The notes below the pieces were generated by a model, which was not told the origin of the DNA, made no database searches, and saw only the letters and a program-made list of their open reading frames with translations. From NCBI GenBank assembly GCA_041178425.1, contig JBEGVH010000022.1:80-64079 (forward strand): DNA of 64,000 bases, read 5' to 3'. The DNA comes from Pseudomonadota bacterium (GTDB taxonomy: Bacteria; Bdellovibrionota; Bdellovibrionia; Bdellovibrionales; Bdellovibrionaceae). Made by a program: the position numbers and the translations under genes. Positions 38,935 to 49,300 of this stretch are shown one piece after another (the first letter of the stretch is position 1; each line of letters starts with the position of its first letter).

Positions 38935-38962
38935 TTATCGGCACAATGGGCCCTAAGGTTGA
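38935..38962 (-). promoter_or_regulatory. Sigma-28 (FliA)-like promoter candidate upstream of the adhesin gene
   Basis: Minus strand carries exact GCCGATAA (38942..38935), about 70 nt upstream of ATG 38864. The -35-like TCAA lies 16 nt upstream. The octamer also occurs twice elsewhere by apparent chance. Confidence 0.2.
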
Positions 38963-39068
38963 GGGCTTGCTCTGCAAATGGGGTATTTTTTAAAAGACCT
39001 CGCCTTTTAGATGAGGCGTCTCGAGGAGTGTTCAGGCTCAACATTCTCCTCGACAAAAGTAAGACTCA

Positions 39069-40529
39069 TTAATTGGATGGCTTGTAAGAAAACCTTTTAT
39101 TTTGAGAAGAACCTCTCGAATCCCCTTGGCTTTTCCCTTGAGCTTTACCCTGAGATTTGCCTTGGGGTTTGCCCTGTGATTTACCTTGAGATTTGCCTTG
39201 CGTTCTCCCTTGCGATGACTTTCCAGGACGAGAGTCGCGACGAGAAGCAAATTGTCCACGTTCCTGATTACGACCTTTGCGTTCGGCTTCGGCCATGCCT
39301 TTAGCTTTTCCAACGCTCATCACTCTCGCTTCGAGAACCTCTTCTGCATGAAAGGGGTGCTTCATATCAACGGCAATTTTAGCCTTCGTTGTTCTTTCGA
39401 TAGCAAACAAATAGGATTTTTCAAAACCCGTACAGAAAGAAATCGCATGCCCCTCTGTACCCGCTCTCGCCGTACGACCGATACGGTGAACATAACTTTC
39501 GACAATGTGTGGAAGATCAAAGTTAATGACATGGGTTATTCCGTCAATATCGATTCCACGAGCCGCAATATCCGTGGCCACTAACACTCTGATTTTATCG
39601 TTGCGAAAATCTTCAATCGCTCTTTGTCGAGCTCCTTGGGATTTATTACCATGAATGGCAGCCGCAGAGATGCGTTTTTTCACTAAGGTATCGGCCACTC
39701 GGTTGGCCATATGTTTCATATCCACAAATACCAACACCTTATAGAGCATATTATCTTGCAAGAGATGGAGTAAAAGATCCATCTTGTGCTCTCGCTTAAC
39801 GAATAAAACCTTTTGATCGATTTTTTCTACTGTCGTCGATTGCGGAGTCACAGAGACTTTTTCAGGCTCACGCAAAATTGAGTCCGCCAGAGATTGAACT
39901 TCCTTAGGCATCGTTGCAGAGAAAAATAAATTCTGTTTTTTAAATGGCAACAAAGGAAGAATCTTTTTAACGTCGTGGATAAAGCCCATATCAAGCATTC
40001 GATCCGCTTCATCGAGAACAAAAATCTCAACTTTATTGAGTAGAATATGTTTTTGACCAATAAGATCAAGAAGTCGACCTGGAGTGGCCACCAAAACATC
40101 AACTCCACCCTTTAAGGCTTCGACTTGAGGATTTTGCCCTACACCACCGAAGATCACCGCGTACTTGAGTTTTAGCTCTTTGCCATAGGCTTGAAAGCTC
40201 TGATGAACCTGAATCGCCAATTCGCGAGTGGGAGTAAGAACTAAAGCTCTAGGAGATTTGGGCGTCAGACCCCACTTTGACTGGGTAAGGTTTTGCAAAA
40301 TAGGGAGACAAAATGCGGCAGTTTTACCAGTCCCAGTTTGAGCGATTCCCAGGAGATCTTTCCCGGAGAGCACGATCGGAATAGAGACCCCTTGTATGGG
40401 GGTTGGTTTAGTGTAACCCTCGGCGCTCACCGCCTTCAGGATTGGTTCTAAGAGGTTTAAATCGGAAAACTGCTTTGCTATATTTGTTGGTTCTTTTGTC
40501 ATTGGGGCACCATGAAGGACGACAGCCAT
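39069..40529 (-). CDS. DEAD-box ATP-dependent RNA helicase (RhlE-like) with a repetitive basic tail
   Basis: Q-motif GYTKPTPIQ, AQTGTGKTA, PTRELA, DEAD, SAT, HRIGRTARAG. An alternative start exists at ATG 40502. Confidence 0.9.
   Translation of the reverse strand: MAVVLHGAPMTKEPTNIAKQFSDLNLLEPILKAVSAEGYTKPTPIQGVSIPIVLSGKDLLGIAQTGTGKTAAFCLPILQNLTQSKWGLTPKSPRALVLTPTRELAIQVHQSFQAYGKELKLKYAVIFGGVGQNPQVEALKGGVDVLVATPGRLLDLIGQKHILLNKVEIFVLDEADRMLDMGFIHDVKKILPLLPFKKQNLFFSATMPKEVQSLADSILREPEKVSVTPQSTTVEKIDQKVLFVKREHKMDLLLHLLQDNMLYKVLVFVDMKHMANRVADTLVKKRISAAAIHGNKSQGARQRAIEDFRNDKIRVLVATDIAARGIDIDGITHVINFDLPHIVESYVHRIGRTARAGTEGHAISFCTGFEKSYLFAIERTTKAKIAVDMKHPFHAEEVLEARVMSVGKAKGMAEAERKGRNQERGQFASRRDSRPGKSSQGRTQGKSQGKSQGKPQGKSQGKAQGKSQGDSRGSSQNKRFSYKPSN
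39123..39224 (-). repeat. 12-nt periodic coding repeat encoding (G-K-[SPA]-Q)n in the helicase tail
   Basis: About eight units of ccttg/ccctg + 7 nt, translating to GRTQGKSQGKSQGKPQGKSQGKAQGKSQG. Confidence 0.85.
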
Positions 40530-40721
40530 TTAGACAATGGAATTCTTCTAGAGTGAACCATTCACAAAGGAATCGACCATTTGCGTCTTACTCGAGAAAA
40601 TATATATACCCTTCCCATCACCCGTCTAAGGAGCATAAAGAAACCTTTGCTTTACGACCGATTCATTTTGATTGACAGATTTGGGCCTCTTGCACAGCCT
40701 AGCCCTAAGGGAGACGACATC

Positions 40722-42662
40722 ATGAGTAATACAATTAAGCCCTCACCTGAATTTGCAAAATCGGCAAACATAAATTGGTCTCAGTACCTCCATGAGTATG
40801 AACAATCGATCAAAGAGCCTGATGTCTTTTGGTCGCAAAAAGCCGAACGCCTGCATTGGTTCGAACGCTGGAAAAATGTTCGCGATATTTCGTATCACTC
40901 CCCCGTCAAAATTGAATGGTTTCGAGGCGCAAAGCTCAATGTGAGCTATAACTGCCTGGATCGTCACCTTGCTCTTCATGCTGATAAAACGGCTATGATT
41001 TTTGAACCCGATTCGCCTCAAACTCCCAGCCAAAAGATCACCTACCAACAGGCGTATAACGAAGTTAATAAGATGGCCAATGCCCTCAAAAAAATGGGTG
41101 TAAAAAAAGGGGATCGCGTCACCATCTATATGCCCATGATTCCCGAGGCTGTTTACTCGATGTTGGCCTGCGCTCGCGTCGGTGCTATTCATTCGGTGGT
41201 TTTCGGTGGATTTTCTCCTGACTCCATCGTTGATCGCATCAAAGATTGCAAATCTCAATTTGTCATCACTGCCGACGAAGGACTTCGTGGCGGAAAACGC
41301 ATCCATTTAAAAAATAACATCGATGAAGCCCTCGCTAAATGCCCTGAGGTGAATCAGGTTCTGGTCATTCGTCACACCGGAGCCGACGTTGGATTTAAAA
41401 AGGGACGCGATGTATGGTGGCACGAAATCAAAAACTCCGTCGCCGATTACTGCGAGCCAGAAATCATGGATGCCGAAGACCCGCTGTTTATCCTTTACAC
41501 GTCCGGCTCAACGAACAAACCAAAAGGAGTACTCCATACGACGGGCGGTTATCTGCTCTATGCGGCCTATACCCATGAGCTGGTTTTTGACTACAAGCCA
41601 AACGATATTTATTGGTGCACTGCCGATGTTGGATGGGTGACAGGTCATAGTTATATTGTTTATGGACCGATGGCTAACGCCGCCACCTCAGTTATTTTTG
41701 AAGGGGTTCCTAACTACCCAACCACCTCAAGGTTTTGGGAGGTGGTCGATAAACACAAGGTCACCATCTTTTACACCGCCCCCACGGCTCTCCGCGCCCT
41801 TATGCGCGAGGGGGATGCTCCTGTTAAAAAAACCTCACGAGAGTCGCTACGACTCTTAGGGAGTGTTGGTGAGCCAATCAATCCCGAAGCCTGGCTCTGG
41901 TACCACCGCGTGGTGGGAGAGAATCGTTGCCCCGTTGTTGATACTTGGTGGCAAACCGAGACGGGAGGAATTTTAATTTCTCCTCTCCCGGGAGCCACAC
42001 CTTTAAAACCAGGGTCTGCCACCCTTCCCATGATGGGTGTGAGTCCGGTGGTTTTAACTCCCGATGGGCAGAGAATTCCTGCTGACCAAGCGTGCGAGGG
42101 AGTTTTATGTTTAGAAGGCTCTTGGCCTGGCCAGATGAGAACTGTTTATGGAGACCATGATCGTTTCGAACTCACTTACTTTAGCCAGTACAAAGGCTAC
42201 TACTTTACTGGTGATGGGTGTCGGCGCGACGAAGACGGATACTATTGGATTACCGGCAGAGTTGATGATGTTCTCAACGTGGCAGGGCATCGACTAGGAA
42301 CGGCCGAGCTCGAAAGTGTGTTGGTGGCCCACTCCACCGTCGCTGAAGCGGCCGTTGTTGGCTTTCCACATGATATCAAGGGGCAAGGCATTTATTGCTT
42401 TGTCACCCTCAAAACGGGAGTCACCCCCTCCGACGAGCTACGCAAAGAACTCATTCAATGGGTTCGAAAAGAAATCAGCCCAATCGCTACCCCCGATCGT
42501 CTTCAATGGGCTCCGGCACTCCCAAAAACCCGCTCTGGTAAAATTATGCGGAGAATTTTGCGAAAAATTGCCGAAAACCAAATCGAGTCGATTGGAGATA
42601 CTTCAACCTTGGCTGATCCCGCGGTTGTTACTGATCTTTTAAACAATAGGATTCACGACTAA
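40722..42662 (+). CDS. acs: Acetyl-CoA synthetase
   Basis: [57 protein letters not shown] 40722 follows AAGGGAGA. Confidence 0.94.
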   Translation: MSNTIKPSPEFAKSANINWSQYLHEYEQSIKEPDVFWSQKAERLHWFERWKNVRDISYHSPVKIEWFRGAKLNVSYNCLDRHLALHADKTAMIFEPDSPQTPSQKITYQQAYNEVNKMANALKKMGVKKGDRVTIYMPMIPEAVYSMLACARVGAIHSVVFGGFSPDSIVDRIKDCKSQFVITADEGLRGGKRIHLKNNIDEALAKCPEVNQVLVIRHTGADVGFKKGRDVWWHEIKNSVADYCEPEIMDAEDPLFILYTSGSTNKPKGVLHTTGGYLLYAAYTHELVFDYKPNDIYWCTADVGWVTGHSYIVYGPMANAATSVIFEGVPNYPTTSRFWEVVDKHKVTIFYTAPTALRALMREGDAPVKKTSRESLRLLGSVGEPINPEAWLWYHRVVGENRCPVVDTWWQTETGGILISPLPGATPLKPGSATLPMMGVSPVVLTPDGQRIPADQACEGVLCLEGSWPGQMRTVYGDHDRFELTYFSQYKGYYFTGDGCRRDEDGYYWITGRVDDVLNVAGHRLGTAELESVLVAHSTVAEAAVVGFPHDIKGQGIYCFVTLKTGVTPSDELRKELIQWVRKEISPIATPDRLQWAPALPKTRSGKIMRRILRKIAENQIESIGDTSTLADPAVVTDLLNNRIHD

Positions 42663-42676
42663 GATCAAATAAACTC

Positions 42677-44758
42677 CTACATGGCTTTTAAATTGAGCTT
42701 GTCGATCATGGCGGCCTCCTGAACGGCCGGTTCGCTGTGATCGATCAACGGATCCACTAAAGCTGCAAGAGACTTGAGATCAAAAACTCTCGTCAGCTGC
42801 ATGCGGGCAAGAATACTAACTATTTTTTGTTTATCTCCTGAGGACATTGAGGTTTTTAAAAACGCTAGAGCCGATGGCAAATCCTTAGAAGCCAAGAGCA
42901 AAAGGCCATCCAAGGCTTCAAGGCTAGCGGAATTTTGGATTTTTTTCAGAATTTCTTTACTGATGTCATCGCTCACTGATCCTAAGCTCAACAAAATATC
43001 TTCTAAGTCGATCAGACGCCCACCGCCCTCAACCCTTAGTGCTTCCGCTTGAATCTCCCACGCTCGTTTTAAATGAGTGCCAACGGCCTCAGTCTCTGCG
43101 GAAGATGACTCTCTCTCCGAAAAAAGAATCAGCATGGCCCCCGAGGCCTCTGCTTGGAGTCGCACATCCTCTGACGCCAGGGCTTTAACCAAAAGCTCCC
43201 GTACCTTTAAGCTGTTACTTTTAACCAATGTGAGTGCTGCAATCGCCGATGCACGTCCGGAGCAGGACTCCTGTTCTAAACAGCGTAAAAACTCTTTTTC
43301 ACTAGCCGCACTGATTTTTAGACTTTCAAATTTAACTCGTTTCCCGGTGACGTAATAAAAATAGCTCTTAAGAAGCTCAACCTTTGTTATTGGAGAATCA
43401 AGTACTTTCCAAACATATTGAGCCTCAAAGGGAAACCCGCCATAAACTTTTTTCTTCAAGGCCGCGAGACTGTGCTTTCCTGATGGATCAATTGATCGGA
43501 GAGTGAGAGCTGCCTGTCGTCGCAGATCTTCGGAGCTTTCTAAAGCTAACTTTACCACATCAGGAATCAAGGGCTTCGCTTTCTTGCCGAGCGATTGCGC
43601 TGCTCGTAATGCACCCATGCGATAACTTGAAAGCTCATTAGACTTGAGGATTTTTTTAATTAATTCAAAATTCTTTGCTACTTCTTCTGGGAAGCCCGCC
43701 AAAAAGTGGAGCGCTAAAGTTCGCGCGCCCAAATCAACTTTTTGCTCTAATAGCTCATACGAGGCTTCGCGAGTGGCTTCGTGTTGGGAATCAACTTTCA
43801 TCATCACTAAAAAAACTCGCGACTTAAGAATCTTAGACTTCTTTAGCCATATTAAAAGCGTTGGAAGCTGTTCCTTAGCCGCCGAACCCATCGTGCCCAA
43901 CGTCTCCAACGCTGCCAGACTAGTTTCACTGGCCTCGTCGGACTTTAAAGCCGTCGCAACAAAATCGGCAACTTGCGGCAGTAGAGGACTCGCGAGTGGC
44001 CCCACCTTTTGAAGCTGCTTCAACAACTCGGCATGACGATAGATTTGTTTTTTGTCTCGAAGCCAATCACCATAAATCTGAAGCGCTGGATTTCCCTCGG
44101 GATCCATCAGGCCGACGGCACGAATGATTTCATGATCAGGCGGAAGCTCACCCAAAACACATTTCGCCTCACCCGGGTTGAGCAAAATCTCTCGATCCTT
44201 GAGCCTCGAAGATAAAAAGAGCGATACCTTTTGGGCCCGTCGGCCGATACGACCCAGTTCACTCACAGCCGCACGTCGCTCCCACCCCAACGGAGAAACA
44301 AGTTTTTCAGCTAACTGACGAACGTCATCATCAAGATCGTTAATGAGAAGATCCACCTTCTTTGTTTGACACTGATCATTCCAAAAAGAGACACGCACCG
44401 CCGCCATTGGTTTCGCCCCCCCTGTTTCACAGAGATTCTGCCGACAAACCACAACCGGCGTTGCTGTCTGAGAGACGCGACAGGACGACCGCGAAACGGC
44501 CCCCTCATGCTGGCGATTGACGGCCACCCAATCGTTACACGATGCGGGAACGCCTACACAATCAGCGTCGGTTCCGCAACGAAGAACCTCCTCGGGAAAA
44601 TATAAACCGTCCGCAGGTGGTTGCGTTGTTAATTTGGGCGCAGAGATTGGCATACGGGGTGCAAGCTTTTGAGGTAAAGGTGATTTTGTCTCTCCGGCTA
44701 GCACACCCGGCGCAACGATTAAACATAAACTGTTGATGAACCACCATATAGATTTCAT
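42677..44758 (-). CDS. Exported HEAT-repeat protein with an N-terminal Cys-rich module
   Basis: Signal peptide MKSIWWFINSLCLIVAPGVLAG. Six Cys within about 50 aa (CGTDADCVGVPASCNDW...SCRV...VCRQNLC). Then repeated RxAAxxxLGxIG-type HEAT units to the C-terminus. Confidence 0.55.
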   Translation of the reverse strand: MKSIWWFINSLCLIVAPGVLAGETKSPLPQKLAPRMPISAPKLTTQPPADGLYFPEEVLRCGTDADCVGVPASCNDWVAVNRQHEGAVSRSSCRVSQTATPVVVCRQNLCETGGAKPMAAVRVSFWNDQCQTKKVDLLINDLDDDVRQLAEKLVSPLGWERRAAVSELGRIGRRAQKVSLFLSSRLKDREILLNPGEAKCVLGELPPDHEIIRAVGLMDPEGNPALQIYGDWLRDKKQIYRHAELLKQLQKVGPLASPLLPQVADFVATALKSDEASETSLAALETLGTMGSAAKEQLPTLLIWLKKSKILKSRVFLVMMKVDSQHEATREASYELLEQKVDLGARTLALHFLAGFPEEVAKNFELIKKILKSNELSSYRMGALRAAQSLGKKAKPLIPDVVKLALESSEDLRRQAALTLRSIDPSGKHSLAALKKKVYGGFPFEAQYVWKVLDSPITKVELLKSYFYYVTGKRVKFESLKISAASEKEFLRCLEQESCSGRASAIAALTLVKSNSLKVRELLVKALASEDVRLQAEASGAMLILFSERESSSAETEAVGTHLKRAWEIQAEALRVEGGGRLIDLEDILLSLGSVSDDISKEILKKIQNSASLEALDGLLLLASKDLPSALAFLKTSMSSGDKQKIVSILARMQLTRVFDLKSLAALVDPLIDHSEPAVQEAAMIDKLNLKAM

Positions 44759-44927
44759 TTTTAACCTCACCTCCTCATTGTAGTTTATTTTTTAGGATTC
44801 CATTCAAACGCGAAAAACTGTCAATTTTTTGACAACACTCATCAAATTGAGACTGGGATTTGTTGTTTATTGTTTAATCTTTTTCTAAAATAAATTGTGT
44901 CGAATTTAACAAATGAGGAATTCCGTC

Positions 44928-46121
44928 ATGAATCCGAAGAAAGCAAATAAGTCTCTCGCGCTAGAAACTCAGTTGGTTCATGTTGGTAACGATCCTTCAC
45001 AGCAATTTGGCTACGTAAGCCCTCCCATTTACCGCGGCTCCACTGCTATTTACGAAAATATCGACGGCATGAAAGAAATCATGCAAGATCCGATCAAAAC
45101 ACAGTTTCCCTCCTACGGCCGCTATGGCAGCCCCAACGCAAGAGCACTCGAACAGGCGCTGGCCCAACTCGAAGGCGGGTATAGCACCGTCCTCACTGGC
45201 ACCGGTCTCTCTGCTATCACAACGGCTCTTCTTGCTTTTGTTGAAGCTGGCGATCATATTTTGATGGTTGATTCAGTTTATTGGCCCACTCGTCATTTTT
45301 GTGATTCACTCGTAAAGTTAGGGATCGAAACTGAATACTACGATCCGCGTATCGGAACTCAAGTCGAACCACTGTTTCGCAAAAACACAAAACTTGTTTA
45401 TATGGAGTCTCCAGGCTCTGTCACATTTGAAGTGCAAGACGTGCCAGCCATCGCGAGTCTTTGTCGCTCCAAGGGCATCATCACGCTCATCGACAACACT
45501 TGGGCGACCCCCCTGTACTTCAAGCCACTCCATCACAGAGTTGATTGTTCCATTCACTCGGGAACCAAGTATCTCGCGGGCCACTCCGATAGTTTCTTTG
45601 GTGCCATCATTTGTAATGAAACGGTTTTTCCACGCGTTCGAGGCCAGGCTCTTAAGCTGGGTCAATGCGCTGGTGCCGAAGATATTTTCTTCGGGCTGAG
45701 AGGCCTACGAACGCTGGCCGTGCGTATGCAACACCATCAAAGGCAAGCCCTCGATATGGCGGAATGGTTGAGTGGGCGACCAGAAGTTTTCGAAGTGCTC
45801 TACCCCGCTCTCCCGAGCTCGCGCGATTACGCCCTTTGGAAACGTGATTTCACTGGGGCTTCGGGGCTTTTAGCGATAGTTTTAAAGCCTGAGTTTTCAG
45901 ATCGTGCGGTAGAAGCCATGGTTGATTCACTAGAACTCTTTGGTTTGGGCCATAGCTGGGGCGGTTTCGAGAGCCTCGCGATTACAAGCGACCCCTCTAC
46001 TTTTAGAAAAAAGGAAAATTGGTCTAACAAAGGCGCGTTGGTGCGTTTGCATGTCGGCGTTGAGAACCTTGATGACTTGAAGACCGATCTGGCAAGAGGG
46101 TTTGGCAAATTGCAAAATTAA
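44928..46121 (+). CDS. metC: Cystathionine beta-lyase (PLP-dependent)
   Basis: Collinear with E. coli MetC: LESPGS.T.EV.DVPAI, IDNTWA, PLP-Lys SGTKYLAGHSD, WKRDFTGASGL, SWGGFESL. Confidence 0.88.
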   Translation: MNPKKANKSLALETQLVHVGNDPSQQFGYVSPPIYRGSTAIYENIDGMKEIMQDPIKTQFPSYGRYGSPNARALEQALAQLEGGYSTVLTGTGLSAITTALLAFVEAGDHILMVDSVYWPTRHFCDSLVKLGIETEYYDPRIGTQVEPLFRKNTKLVYMESPGSVTFEVQDVPAIASLCRSKGIITLIDNTWATPLYFKPLHHRVDCSIHSGTKYLAGHSDSFFGAIICNETVFPRVRGQALKLGQCAGAEDIFFGLRGLRTLAVRMQHHQRQALDMAEWLSGRPEVFEVLYPALPSSRDYALWKRDFTGASGLLAIVLKPEFSDRAVEAMVDSLELFGLGHSWGGFESLAITSDPSTFRKKENWSNKGALVRLHVGVENLDDLKTDLARGFGKLQN

Positions 46122-46314
46122 CCTAAACAGCAATAGGAAGAAAACAATTTACAGAGCCTTTGGATTTTCGAGCTGGTTTTTTATTTTTTCCAATGTCGCA
46201 TCTTGAAACAATAAAACAAGAAAAGTTTTTCAATTCGAGACAGTTCAAGAATTATCCTCAGCGATTTCTTAACTAAGATTCCATTTTTTATTCAGTCACC
46301 CAGCCCAAATACCG

Positions 46315-49300
46315 ATGAGTATTAAGATGAAGAAGCTCAGGATCTATGTCTATTTTCTGTGGTTGGTGACTTTACTTTCGGCGGCGAAAGGCTTTGCCGC
46401 CGATCCTGCCTTCACTTACCAAGGCCGAATCATCAAACCTGATGGCTTGCCACTGCAAGCGGCACAGGTCGAATTCACGCTTTCTATCGAGGGGCCTGCA
46501 TCGCTTGCAAAACCTTGCTTGATGTACACCGAAAAATTCACCGCCGATATGTCTTCGGGTGATGGTGGCTTTTCATTGCTGGTTGGAAGGGGGCAGCGGA
46601 CTGATGACAGCAACTTTGCACTTGCGAAGATTTTTAGTAACTCGCTAATTTATCCTGTTCTGCCACAGTGTGAAAACGGTTACGTCAAACAAATAGGCGA
46701 TGCGCTTTATCTGAAAGTCTCATTTAACACTGGGTCTGGCGCCCAAACACTCATTCCCCTCGAGATCACCCATACCCCCTACTCACTGGAAACAGCCAAT
46801 GTGGCGGGTGTGCCCAGCGAGCAAGTGCTGAGAGTTGATAACGCGGTCGCAGCAGCTCCGATGTCGAACACCAATTACTCGCTTAATCTCACTGACTTTA
46901 CTGATCTCTTAGCCATTATCAATGGCACTTCGACGAAGTACATGAAAAGCACAGGCTCTAGCAATCTGGGATTGATTGGCGGTATAAACAATACCTCACA
47001 AATAACACTGACAGCTCCCTCATCTAATTTTACCAGCTATCAACTCTCACTTCCTACAAGCACTGGAACCAACGGCCAAGTGCTCACGAGTAATGGGTCT
47101 GGAGGGACCATTTGGGCTACACCCGCGTCCGCGCCAATTACCGATATCAATGTATCGCCCCCACTCATCCTTGCCAATAATGGAACCCTTCGCACCATCA
47201 GCATCGAACATGCCGATGGTTCCAAACAAGGGGTGCTCAGCGCCGCCGACTGGAATGCTTTCAATAACAAGATCAGCTCCCAATGGACGACATCGGGATC
47301 TAATATATCCTACTCAGCTGGCAACGTCGGTATTGGAACTACGGTGCCCGGATCGACGATCGATATCACAGGCACCTTCAATCTGACGGACTCCTCGCCG
47401 GCACTGCCAAATCCGGGAAGCAGTGGGTCGGCAACGGCTCTAACGACAAACGCCACAGTAGCGCCGACCTCCGACTATACTTCGGCAGCTGGTGGCTATC
47501 AGTGGTTTTTTGGGCAAAAGAACTCCGTTTCTGTACCATCAACGACCACGGCCACGGATCTTACACGCCTATATCTCACCGGCTTCCAAGAATCGGTCTC
47601 CTATGCCAGTTCAGCGCCAATCACGCAGATCATTGCTGGAACTTTTACCGCCACTGCAGGCACTTCCGGGGCCGTCAATAATTTAATAGCTCTCTCCAAT
47701 TCAGCTAGCATTACTAATAGCAATTCGGCTAATGTTTCTGCCACAGGTGTTAGTGGTGCCGTCAGTGTTACCGGTAATTCCGGCTCGACTGGCACCTTGA
47801 CGTCAGCGACAGGCGTAAACGCCTCGGTGAGTATTCAGTCAGGCAATGCCTCCAACACATTCAATATTGGCAACGCCTATGGTGTTCGATCTGGAGTAGG
47901 TGTTTTAAATACCGCATCTGCCTCGATTACAAATGCATACGGCCTTTATGTTGATAATGGCTGGAGTTTAGGAACACCCGGCGGTACTATTACCAACCAA
48001 TATGGATTGTATATTAATGACCAGACCCGCGGAACGACAAGTAAGTACAACATTTATTCGGCAGGTCAGAATGGAATCAACTATTTTGGGGGCAACGTCG
48101 GTATCGGCACAACTGCGCCAGGCTCTAAACTCGATGTTATCGGAAAATCAACACTTGATCATGTCGTTCTCAATCCTCGAAGTTGGACCTACACAGGCAA
48201 CAATCTCCTCACACTTGTTCCCAATAGTGGCAACGGCACTCTTGCGGGGTCTGTCGCCATTACTCAAGGAAGTTCAACAGTGACAGGAACAGGGACGGCT
48301 TTTACAACATCTTTTGTAGTGGGTGACATCATTCGACCAGGGAGTTCTTGCTGGGAACAACGAGTCATTAGCTCAATAGCAAGCGACACATCATTAACCG
48401 TAGAAACACCTTTTACTTGTGCAACGGGTTCCTATGGGTATATTTCATTTCCTACTCCCTTCAGATTGATGAGTGGCAATACGGCGAATTTCCTAATTGA
48501 TCAAGCAGGAGGAATCTCTAGCGCCGGCTCCATGAGATTGGGGGGCGGAGTAAGCATCGGCTCTTCGTATAGGTCTGTCAATCCGCCAACCGACGGTATG
48601 ATTATTCAAGGTAAACTCGGCATTGGAACGACATCCCCTTCCAGTAGCCTCCACATTTCAAGTGGAACGAGCCCATGGTTGTTTCTACAAACCACTAACA
48701 CATCATCCTCCCCATCGTTTAATTTTCTCACAAGCGATGGTTCCTCCGTTTCTTCAATAACAGCCTTTACCGGAGGGTCGGGCCAGCTAGAGATCAACAA
48801 CAGCATGACCGGACCTCTCACTCTCAAAACGGCTTCTAGCGAAAGAATGAGAATTGATGGTGCAGGAAAAGTTGGCATTGGAACTACCAGTCCCACTCAG
48901 GCGCTGGACGTGAATGGAACCGTGAGAATGAGATCGAATCTAGAGATGTCTTCGAGCAATGCCTATATTGGATTTAATAGAAATATAGCGGGTGGAGGAA
49001 CAAGTTACGATGCGAGCTACAACTGGGCTGTTGGCCAAGATTCAAATACCCCCTACGGAATTTACTTTAGATCCTATTTCATAGGCGGTGGATTAGCTTC
49101 AACAGCACTGTACGTTCATCCAAATGGCTTTGTTGGCGTGGGAATGGCTCCATCCAGTTACAACTTGCAAGTCAATGGTAATGTGGGGGCGACTTCAGCT
49201 TTTGTAAACTACTCGGATCAGCGCCTCAAAAAAAACATCGCAACAATACCAAACGCACTGGCGAAAATAAACGAAATCCGAGGAGTTACCTATGAGTGGC

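Noticed and set aside
39022-39052. 7-bp hairpin (CGAGGAG / CTCCTCG) just after the helicase stop as its terminator
   Set aside because: The loop is 17 nt and no U-tract follows on the minus strand. This is too weak to call.
39123-39224. Short periodic repeats that could look like a mini CRISPR or VNTR array
   Set aside because: The period is 12 nt with no spacers, and the repeat lies in-frame inside the DEAD-box helicase ORF. It is a coding low-complexity tail.
40581-40721. Long N-terminal extensions suggested by the ORF track (acs 40581, aat 3446, fusion gene 8076, glyQS 32549 and others)
   Set aside because: The extensions have no homology-type sequence, several begin at TTG or GTG, and some overlap upstream genes. 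Internal ATGs with Shine-Dalgarno sequences align with the known protein N-termini.
44840-44860. GTCAA-ttttt-TGAC inverted repeat and TTGACA upstream of metC as a Met regulator box or SAM riboswitch
   Set aside because: The stem is only 5 bp, no matching -10 lies at the proper spacing, and the 150-nt leader has none of the conserved SAM-riboswitch helices.
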